A stretch of 64,000 nucleotides of DNA from Bdellovibrionota bacterium (GTDB taxonomy: Bacteria > Bdellovibrionota > UBA1018 > CAIPTA01 > JAALKR01): positions 576,001 through 640,000 of the forward strand of contig CBDBMJ010000001.1 in NCBI GenBank assembly GCA_965207455.1. Reading direction: 5' to 3'. Shown here in pieces: positions 28,093 to 36,555 of the stretch. A program made the position numbers and the translations under genes. The notes below the pieces were generated by a model, which saw nothing but the letters and a program-made list of their open reading frames with translations, was not told the origin of the DNA and did not search any database. The stretch's first letter is position 1. Every line of letters begins with the position of its first letter.

Positions 28093-30591
28093 ATGGGAAG
28101 AAAGGTTGATAGAATGATGAAAAAAATAGTTCTTTTAAAAAAAATAATGGGCACGGAATCTGGTGTTTCTTTAGTGAGTGTAATGATAGCGGCAGGGATA
28201 TTGGGTATAGTTACACTTTTTTCTATTAAAGTTCAAGAAGGAATGATAGGAGGAGCAAAGTCTGTGGAGCGAAGGCATTCCGTAATGGGAGTATTTTCTA
28301 ATATTCGTTCCTTTCTTGCTAATGCTGAGGTTTGTAAGGAAAGCTTAGCTGGATTAAAGCCCGCAGAATCCGTTCCTGAAATAAAGGATGATAAAGGGAA
28401 TGTAGTATACCAAGAAAATAATTTTTATGAAGATGGAAATATTCAGCTTCAGTCCATGAATCTTTCAGCTTTAACAGAGAGCTTTAGTGGATCCAGCAGA
28501 GGGTTTCTTGATTTGAATGTAGTATTTTCTCAGGGAGAAAATAGGACTGGAAGACAATCCTTAGGATTTCTTCCCAGGAGGATTCGCCTTTATGTGGAAA
28601 TAGACCCTAACAATGATGGTGTTATTAAAAACTGTATTACTGTTGCGGGAAAAAATAGTGGAAACTGGCAATATGGATCCAATGAAAGTTTATACTATAT
28701 GGGTAATTCTGTGGGGGTTGGAACCAATAGTCCTGGATCGAAATTAGATGTTCAAGGAAATGCTAAAATAGAGGGACAAATGGGAGCTCACCATGTAGAG
28801 AGTAAGGGTGCTATACAAGTGGGTCAAACAGCAAGTACCTTAGCTTGTTCTGGAAACAATAGGGGAACCCAGCGCTATAGCGTTATTGGTGGTGAAATTG
28901 TTATGCAGTTTTGCAGTGAAAATCGTTGGAAAGCTATGAAAGAGATTTGGGAAGAAAACGGTTCATTTATATTCTCACCCACTGATAGTATTGTGGGTAT
29001 TGGAACCAATACCCCCAGTAGTACTGAAAGATTGGAAGTGAAAGGTGATAGTTGGTTTCAAGGTTTTATGGCTATGAGTGCTCCGTCCGGTTCCTCTAAA
29101 GCACTGGTGGTACGAGGAAATGTTCGTATTGATGACTCATCCTCTGATGCAGACACTGTTTTGCAAGATCCAAGCACATCAGTAAGGTTAGGTGTAAATG
29201 GAAATGTAAAAATAGAAAAATCCATTAAATCAGTATTGTGGCTGAAAGACGGTGGTGCGAATAGTATAACTTGTGATGCTACTAAAGTAGGGTCAGTGCG
29301 AAGTAACGTTAGTGAATTACAGTATTGTAATGGAACAGCTTGGAAAACCATACAAACAAAAAAATTGCCAACAGTGGATCAAATTGGGAGTGGTCTATAT
29401 CATTCTTGTGCAAAAATTAACGATGGAATTCAAACAACAGCTAAATGCTGGGGTTCTAATACCTGGGGACAATTAGGCATTGGAAAGTTTGGACAGAATA
29501 TTCCCGTACCCACTACAGTATTAGAAAGTGGTACACCTGAGAGTAACCCGATACCTTTTAAGCAAATTAAAGAGCTTTCTTTGGGTGATAGCCATACCTG
29601 TATAATAGCTGGAACTAATAGAAAAGCTTATTGCTGGGGAAATAATCATTCCTATAAATTAGGTATTGATGGTTTTGAACAGAGGGACGCTGATAATAAG
29701 CTCACATTTAAGATTCATCCTACTGAAATTGTTAAAACTATTGCTGATGATCCATTTACTGATATAGATAAGATATCCGCAGGTTTCTATCATACTTGCG
29801 CTGTTAAGAATCAAGCGGCTTGGTGTTGGGGTGGAAATTTTTATGGTCAAATTGGAAATGGAGAGTCTGGTAATGACAAATTTGTAAAACTTCCCACTAA
29901 GATTAATACTGATGGGTATGTGGTAGATGTGGCTGCCAGCGAATCTTTTACTTGCGCATTATTGGCGAATAAAAAAGCACAATGCTGGGGGGCTAATTGG
30001 TATGGTCAACTTGGTAATGACAATGATGAGTATAAAGGAAAAGGTAGTCCTGAACATATTTATGTAGAAGGAATTACTGATATAGCGCAAATTGCTGTAG
30101 GCTTGCGCCACGCCTGTGCTCGATTAGAGAATGGATCAATGTGGTGTTGGGGTGCTGGTTGGTCTGGGCAGCTAGGTAACGGTACTTTCGATTCCAGTTC
30201 TATTCCCGTTCAAGTAGAAACAAGTCCAGGGGTAGCGCTTCTTGGAGTTACTCATATTTCTGCTTCTCAATACCAAACTTGCGCTGTTTTAACTGGAGGT
30301 AAAGCTATGTGCTGGGGATTGAATAAAAAAGGAGAAGTGGGTAATGGATTAACTGAGAAAACCCATACTCCCGCTCTAGTATCTGATATTATAAATGTGG
30401 AAAAAGTTTCTGCAGGATATAACCATACCTGTGCGGTTTCCAACGAGCCTGTCAATGGTGGTAACCCTTTAGTTAAAGGAAGTACAGTTTCTTGCTGGGG
30501 TTCCAATTATAAGGGTCAACTGGGCGTTGGTCAGGATAGCTCAAGCCACAGTCTGCTTCCTAAAGCAACGCTTCTGTTGCTCCAAGACTAG
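28093..30591 (+). CDS. 'C1': prepilin-like + fibre stalk + C-terminal RCC1 propeller
   Basis: ESG|VSLVSVMIAAG leader, VGVGTNSP/VGIGTNTP, YCNGTAW and seven CWG blades. Confidence 0.82.
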   Translation: MGRKVDRMMKKIVLLKKIMGTESGVSLVSVMIAAGILGIVTLFSIKVQEGMIGGAKSVERRHSVMGVFSNIRSFLANAEVCKESLAGLKPAESVPEIKDDKGNVVYQENNFYEDGNIQLQSMNLSALTESFSGSSRGFLDLNVVFSQGENRTGRQSLGFLPRRIRLYVEIDPNNDGVIKNCITVAGKNSGNWQYGSNESLYYMGNSVGVGTNSPGSKLDVQGNAKIEGQMGAHHVESKGAIQVGQTASTLACSGNNRGTQRYSVIGGEIVMQFCSENRWKAMKEIWEENGSFIFSPTDSIVGIGTNTPSSTERLEVKGDSWFQGFMAMSAPSGSSKALVVRGNVRIDDSSSDADTVLQDPSTSVRLGVNGNVKIEKSIKSVLWLKDGGANSITCDATKVGSVRSNVSELQYCNGTAWKTIQTKKLPTVDQIGSGLYHSCAKINDGIQTTAKCWGSNTWGQLGIGKFGQNIPVPTTVLESGTPESNPIPFKQIKELSLGDSHTCIIAGTNRKAYCWGNNHSYKLGIDGFEQRDADNKLTFKIHPTEIVKTIADDPFTDIDKISAGFYHTCAVKNQAAWCWGGNFYGQIGNGESGNDKFVKLPTKINTDGYVVDVAASESFTCALLANKKAQCWGANWYGQLGNDNDEYKGKGSPEHIYVEGITDIAQIAVGLRHACARLENGSMWCWGAGWSGQLGNGTFDSSSIPVQVETSPGVALLGVTHISASQYQTCAVLTGGKAMCWGLNKKGEVGNGLTEKTHTPALVSDIINVEKVSAGYNHTCAVSNEPVNGGNPLVKGSTVSCWGSNYKGQLGVGQDSSSHSLLPKATLLLLQD

Positions 30592-30622
30592 CTATAACTG
30601 TTTTGTGTGATGGAGGAGAATT

Positions 30623-32038
30623 ATGAGAAAAAAAGGCAAAACCACTTGGTTGAACTCTTCAGGTATGAGTTTAGTTGCTGTAATGATAGTTGTGACGTTT
30701 ATGAGTTCCTGTGGCAATGGAACATTTGAAGTTACAGCAGATTCCACAGGTGTGACGGGTACCACGAGAGACACAGCAAGTAAAATACTTTTGGGACGCG
30801 ATCATACTTGCGCACTTATTAGTGATGGCACTGTAAAATGTTGGGGAAATAATTTTTATGGGCAATTGGGTAACGATTCTACGGATGATAGCACCACCCC
30901 TGTTATAGTTTCTGGACTCTCTAACGTACGTCAAGTTATATTATATTGGGAACATACTTGCGCAATCATTAATGATGGTACTGTGAAGTGCTGGGGAAAG
31001 AATGAAAATAGTCAGTTGGGTGCTAGCACTACACAGACATGTGGCACTGCAAATATTCCTTGTAGCAGCACACCCGTTGAAGTTTCTGGCTTAAGTAATG
31101 TGAGTCAAATTGCTTCAGGAGCGTATCATTATTGTGCATTATTAACTACAGGCTCTGTAAAATGCTGGGGTTTAAATAGTTCTGGACAATTGGGCGACGG
31201 CAATGGTGGTAATACTGGAGATAAAAGTCCAACACCTGTTCTCGTTTCTGGGATTACCAATGCAAGTCGAATTGCCTTAGGACATTATTATAGTTGTGCA
31301 TTATTAACGACTGGCTCTGTGAAATGTTGGGGGCGAAATAGTTTTAGGCAGTTAGGCGACGGTACTTCTGAGCAAAGAACGGTGCCAGTTGCCGTTTCTG
31401 GGATTACCAATGCAAGTCAAATTAGAGCTGGGGAAGATTCCACCTGTGTTATTTTAAGTGACGCTTCTGTAAAATGCTGGGGAACTAGTTCTTATGGGAA
31501 GTTGGGTTATGGTAGTACAGATCATACCGCAATACCAGTTACAGTTTCCGGTATTGATAACGCAAGTCAAATTCTTATGTCCAATGTTCACGCTTGTGCA
31601 TTATTAACCACTGGTTCTGTGAAATGTTGGGGGAAGAATGAGTCCGGGCAATTGGGAAATGGCAGTGGTGGTAGCAGTGGAGATAAAAGTTTAGCACCAG
31701 TTGAGGTTTTTGGCATTACTAATGCAAGTCAAATTGATATTGGCTACTATCATTTTTGTGCATTATTATCGACTGGCTTTGTGAAGTGTTGGGGCTTGAA
31801 TAGTTCTGGGCAATTGGGCGACGGCAATGGTGGTAATACTGGAGACAAAAGCCTAGTACCGGTTACAGTTTCTGAACTCAGCAATGTAAGCCAACTTTCA
31901 TTAGGAGGTCATTATAGTTGTGTTGTTTTAAATGATGATACTGTGAAATGCTGGGGTCAGAATAGTGATGGGCAGTTAGGCGACGGTTCCACAGATGATC
32001 GCACCACACCCATTAATCTCGTTAACTTACTTGAATGA
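30623..32038 (+). CDS. 'D': exported RCC1-repeat protein (8 repeats) with a prepilin-like and/or lipoprotein signal
   Basis: SSG|MSLVAVMIVVTFMSSC leader and eight VKCWG repeats. Confidence 0.8.
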   Translation: MRKKGKTTWLNSSGMSLVAVMIVVTFMSSCGNGTFEVTADSTGVTGTTRDTASKILLGRDHTCALISDGTVKCWGNNFYGQLGNDSTDDSTTPVIVSGLSNVRQVILYWEHTCAIINDGTVKCWGKNENSQLGASTTQTCGTANIPCSSTPVEVSGLSNVSQIASGAYHYCALLTTGSVKCWGLNSSGQLGDGNGGNTGDKSPTPVLVSGITNASRIALGHYYSCALLTTGSVKCWGRNSFRQLGDGTSEQRTVPVAVSGITNASQIRAGEDSTCVILSDASVKCWGTSSYGKLGYGSTDHTAIPVTVSGIDNASQILMSNVHACALLTTGSVKCWGKNESGQLGNGSGGSSGDKSLAPVEVFGITNASQIDIGYYHFCALLSTGFVKCWGLNSSGQLGDGNGGNTGDKSLVPVTVSELSNVSQLSLGGHYSCVVLNDDTVKCWGQNSDGQLGDGSTDDRTTPINLVNLLE

Positions 32039-32303
32039 AATAAAATGTTCAAATAAAATTGAAAATAGATCGACAGGATCAGGGATTTCTACGTCGTAAC
32101 GGGTATTTTTATCTAAAGCTGAGGTTGGACTTCCATAACTGACTCACACGCCTTCAGGTTGCAGAAGAATTTCTAATTCTTTATATTCCTAATTTTATTA
32201 CCTTATTTCCTTACCTTATTTCCTCTTTACTAAAGTAATTTTAAATTGTTCCGACAAGGTGTATACTGGACGACTTATTAAATTTAAAAAACAATAATAT
32301 ACA

Positions 32304-32710
32304 ATTGAAAGCGTGGCGGTTGATTCGGCGGCTGATTCGACGGAAAATCGAATTCCTATATCTTTCGTATCAACATGGAAGACAACTGCTCCCAATGAAA
32401 GCATCACCTTGCCATTACGTTCTGGTTCCAATTATGATTTTATTGTTGATTGGGGAGGATGAATGGGATGTTTCGCAGACTTAATTCTTTAACTTCTCTT
32501 GATGTTTCACATTTTGATATTGCTCAAGTGAACGATATGTCTTATATATTTGCCTACAACGATAAATTAGCTTCTCTTGATGTCGAAGGGTGGGATATCA
32601 GAAATGTAAAAGCTAGGAGTAGCGCTTTCGCTTCCACAAACAGTCGTTTAAAAGTACACTGCCTTCCAGTAGGGTCGAAATTCTTTAATAAAACTTGTAG
32701 CGCTAAATAG
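32304..32710 (+). pseudogene. BspA/DUF285-type LRR surface protein remnant
   Basis: One frame encodes SFVSTWKTTAPNESITLPLRSGSNYDFIVDWG (typical BspA-family N-terminal module). It abuts, out of frame, MF..LNSLTSLDVSHFD...MSYIF...LASLDVEGWD LRR units. Confidence 0.72.
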
Positions 32711-32801
32711 AACACTTTCATGCATAAAAATAACGAATTCTATTTGCATTTCACGGTTAAATTGATTAAAATTGGAATAGGTTAATTTGTGGAACGAATA
32801 G

Positions 32802-35414
32802 ATGAATGTAAGTCTTACGAAAGATAGGAATCATTTTCAATCAGGAGCTGCCCTTCTTATAGTGATGGCCTTGAGTGTATTGTTAGCCAGTATATCTCTT
32901 ATTTCCACACAGAAATTTCAGTTTCACTTAGGGATGCAAAAAACAGTAGAAGCCCGTCATGCCATAAAAGTTATCCATGCGGATATTCGAGGTGTGCTGG
33001 GAGATAGGCAATCCTGCACAGAGACGATAAAAGAGGTTACCCTGTCTGAGATAGACGGCAGTCCTATTTTTTCTATTAAAGGGCCTAGTGGGCAGGAACT
33101 CTATAGAGTGAATGTGGAGATATCTGGTGGAACGAAAATCTCTAGAATGGAATTCTCTACATTCACGCCCATTGATTTCATTACTGGCACAGCAAAAATT
33201 TCTCTTTTTTTTCAACAAAGAGCTAGTGGTGGGATTGGATCAGCAAATACCCAATCCAAAAAAGACATTACACTCAAAATCGATCGCCCTCCTCTTGAAG
33301 CAAAGCAACTTGCTCTTGGAAAATTCCATACATGCGCACTATTTACGAATGAAAAGGTGAAGTGCTGGGGTGGTGGTAGAGGAGGGAATAATCAAGGGCA
33401 ATTGGGGTATGGGGATCGCAATCCCAGAGGATATATTATCGATGAGTTAGGGGAAAATCTTCCCTTTGTAGATTTAGGTTCTGATGCCTCTGGTTCCTAT
33501 AAAGCAACAGCTATTTCTTCTGGTAATCAATACACCTGTGCAATTTTAAATGTGCAAGGAAAGGGAAGGGTGAAGTGCTGGGGGAGTAATTCAAGCGGTC
33601 AGTTAGGTCAGGGCGATCATAATTCAAGGGGAGATGGAACTTCAGAGATGGGAAATAATCTTCCTTTTGTAGATTTGGGAGGCACTAGTGCAGGTGAATT
33701 TTATGCAGTACTGGGTATTGCTAGTGGAGATAGTCACAGTTGTGCAATTTTAGATAGAGCAGGAAAAGGAGCATTGAAGTGCTGGGGGGATAATTCAGCA
33801 GGACAGCTTGGGTTAGGTCATACACGCAATATTGGTGATGATAGTGATGAAATGGGGGATTTCCTCAATTTTCTAGATTTGGGACAAGAAAATGGATTGG
33901 AACTAGAGGTTAGCGCTGTTGCCTTAGGATTAGAGCATAGCTGTGCTGTTTTTCAAAATAGGAAAACCAAATGTTGGGGATCCAACAATTCAGGTCAGCT
34001 TGGATTGACTAATCGTAGTGAGAGTAGAGGTGATGCCACAAGTGATATGTCCAACAACCTTCCCTTTCTGGATTTTGGAATGATAAACTCTATTCCACTA
34101 GGAACTCTAGCCATTAGTGCAAGAGGAAACAGCAACTGTGTTATTTTGGATTCCAATATTGGCAGTAGATTGAAGTGCTGGGGAAACAATTATAGGGGTA
34201 TGTTGGGGCTGGGATTATCCACTGCTTTCTTGGGTCATCGTACAGATCAGATGGGAAACGATCTCCCTTTTGTGGATTTGGGTACAGGTATAGAAGCTAA
34301 ATTCGTTAGTGTGGCTAAAGAATTTGTTTGTGTTACCTTAAGAAATGGTCGGGTGAAGTGTTGGGGGAGTGGTGTTAATGGTCAGCTTGGTTTGGATACA
34401 GGATCTGTTGTTGCTATCGGAGATAGTTCTAGCCACATGGGGGATAATTTAGGATTTATTGACTTAGGAACCGTTGATGGTACTGATACTGGTTCTCCCC
34501 ATCGAGTTAGTGCTGTTTATTCCGGTTTTTTTCATAGCTGCGCTATCATTTCAGGGGGGTTGAAGTGCTGGGGTTTAGGTGGCGACGCTGCACTTGGAAA
34601 CGGCAGTAACGAAGATATTGGCAATAATGCTGGAGAAATGGGTAATAATTTTGATCTAATGGCATTAGTGCGACAGCAGTTTTGTACAGCGATTTTTGCT
34701 AGTGACGGAGAAAATTGGGAATATGACCCCACAAACTCAGCAATTTTTTTAAGTGGCACGCAAAATGTGGGTATTGGTACGGATGATCCTCAAGAGAAGC
34801 TTCATGTGATTGGTATTATGAAGGTGATAGGAGAGGTTTCTGCTGGAAGCGTAGTTAGTGCTGGTCCCATAAAAATGCAGGACGAAAGGGAATTGAATTG
34901 CGACACTACAGAAGAGGGAACTCAGCGCTTTCGTAGAGATATAATGGAATTTTGTAATGGAAGCGAATGGAAAAGTATGGGTCAGTCGATCTGGGAGGAA
35001 AACACGAACCAAATATTTATAGCGGATACAGCTGGTGTGTTCAGAAATGTGGGAATAGGAACCAATAATCCTCAAGCCAGGTTTCATGTTCGAGGAAATA
35101 GTAAACTAGAAAATGGTCTATTTAAAATAGATGGCAATGCCAGTGACCCTAATTTCCCCAAGGCATTGGCCATTGGTGGTAATGTTGGGGTTGGAGCGGA
35201 CTTTGCGGGGGCAGAAAATACAGTCTATAAATTAAAAGTTGCAGACGGAAATTTTGTTGCCACAGGATCGGTGCAGGCGCATAGCATACAATTGGATTCT
35301 AGTGCTCCAGAGTGCACCCAAAACAAAGGCATAGAGACTATTTATTATAATGAAAGTGCTGCTAGCCTCCAGTACTGCGATGGAGAATCTTGGAGAAGTT
35401 TTGATTTGGAATAG
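32802..35414 (+). CDS. 'A2': full-length paralog of A1
   Basis: QSG|AALLIVMAL leader. IHADIRGVLGDRQSCTETIK versus IHTDIRGVLGDTQSCTETIK. Same domain order. Confidence 0.82.
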   Translation: MNVSLTKDRNHFQSGAALLIVMALSVLLASISLISTQKFQFHLGMQKTVEARHAIKVIHADIRGVLGDRQSCTETIKEVTLSEIDGSPIFSIKGPSGQELYRVNVEISGGTKISRMEFSTFTPIDFITGTAKISLFFQQRASGGIGSANTQSKKDITLKIDRPPLEAKQLALGKFHTCALFTNEKVKCWGGGRGGNNQGQLGYGDRNPRGYIIDELGENLPFVDLGSDASGSYKATAISSGNQYTCAILNVQGKGRVKCWGSNSSGQLGQGDHNSRGDGTSEMGNNLPFVDLGGTSAGEFYAVLGIASGDSHSCAILDRAGKGALKCWGDNSAGQLGLGHTRNIGDDSDEMGDFLNFLDLGQENGLELEVSAVALGLEHSCAVFQNRKTKCWGSNNSGQLGLTNRSESRGDATSDMSNNLPFLDFGMINSIPLGTLAISARGNSNCVILDSNIGSRLKCWGNNYRGMLGLGLSTAFLGHRTDQMGNDLPFVDLGTGIEAKFVSVAKEFVCVTLRNGRVKCWGSGVNGQLGLDTGSVVAIGDSSSHMGDNLGFIDLGTVDGTDTGSPHRVSAVYSGFFHSCAIISGGLKCWGLGGDAALGNGSNEDIGNNAGEMGNNFDLMALVRQQFCTAIFASDGENWEYDPTNSAIFLSGTQNVGIGTDDPQEKLHVIGIMKVIGEVSAGSVVSAGPIKMQDERELNCDTTEEGTQRFRRDIMEFCNGSEWKSMGQSIWEENTNQIFIADTAGVFRNVGIGTNNPQARFHVRGNSKLENGLFKIDGNASDPNFPKALAIGGNVGVGADFAGAENTVYKLKVADGNFVATGSVQAHSIQLDSSAPECTQNKGIETIYYNESAASLQYCDGESWRSFDLE

Positions 35415-35661
35415 ATTTTTTACTCTTAATCCTTTTTTATTGTGATCACCAAGCGATTTTGTCGCATCATAATAACCAAGTAATGGGGTCAGGATTTTTA
35501 ATACTTTCTCAAATAATATCGGATATTTATGCAATAACGCTGAAAATTGGGGTGTCAAAGTATTTGAGCATAAGTTGCAGATTTTCGAAAATGACGCATT
35601 TTGAAAAACAGCTTGAAAAGGACACTTCAGTCATGTTATAGTAGTCATATAGGAGAGATTG

Positions 35662-35923
35662 ATGTCGATACCTAATGTAGAGAAAAGCGGTGAATTACCT
35701 GCTGGGGTTCATGCTGCTACCATTAAAGAAATTGAGAAGAGATTTGGTCGATCCTCTGACAGAAGGAGGCTTTTAATGACTGGACTCAAGAAAGCAATTG
35801 ATGAGTTTAAAAAAGTGAATGTAAAGAAGATCTATGTTGATGGATGTTGGGTATCAGAGGGAGTTAAAGAAGAAGACCTATACAGATGCTGATTCTAAGG
35901 GAATCATCAGAATTGATATTTAA
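35662..35923 (+). pseudogene. DUF6932-like nucleotidyltransferase toxin remnant with internal deletions
   Basis: GELPAGVH.AT..EI..RFG..S.RR...IYVDG is joined directly to CW. The C-terminal KGIIRIDI* is in another frame. Confidence 0.6.
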
Positions 35924-35939
35924 AAGAAAGGGTTTTGTT

Positions 35940-36359
35940 ATGATTACAAGCAAAAGACAATTAAATGCATCTAAAAAGAAGATTGAGTTTTTAAGAAAGT
36001 CAAGTAAGGCAATGAAAAAGAAATCAAGAGGTGTTCTTGCAAAATCTTCTCTTATTCAAACTGAGACCATGATTCAAGAGCTTGAAAATAAGGTTCTGGA
36101 ATATGAAACTCTTTATAGCAAAGGACTTGAAGCTATTGAGATTGAAATGCTAGAAGATATTATGCTTTTACCGATTAAGTACAGAATCGCAAAACATTTG
36201 TCTAAAGAAGATTTTGCTCGTAAAGTAGATGTACCAGTTAGAATGATTTCAAGATATGAGACAGAGGGATATACTAATATCAGAGGAGTGACTTTTAAAA
36301 AGATTTTACATAATCTTCCTCTACTGTTGAACGTAAAGAAGCGTAATAAAATTGGATAA
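35940..36359 (+). CDS. XRE HTH protein, probable cognate antitoxin (ORF open from 35886)
   Basis: MITSKRQL coiled N-terminus and RIAKHLSKEDFARKVDVPVRMISRYE HTH. Confidence 0.75.
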   Translation: MITSKRQLNASKKKIEFLRKSSKAMKKKSRGVLAKSSLIQTETMIQELENKVLEYETLYSKGLEAIEIEMLEDIMLLPIKYRIAKHLSKEDFARKVDVPVRMISRYETEGYTNIRGVTFKKILHNLPLLLNVKKRNKIG

Positions 36360-36555
36360 GACGAAAACTGTGGTACTCCAGATAAGTTGCGGTAGTTACA
36401 CAATTTGCGGTAGTTAGGATAAGTATTGACAAGTCGCGTCTCTCCAAAATAATGCTCTGCATTGTGTTATTTGATGCTAGTCCTCTCTTCTAGTTGATAG
36501 AAAAATAATGTTACAATAAGGAGGGTTATGGTTTATCTCCAGAAAGGGAGAATCG

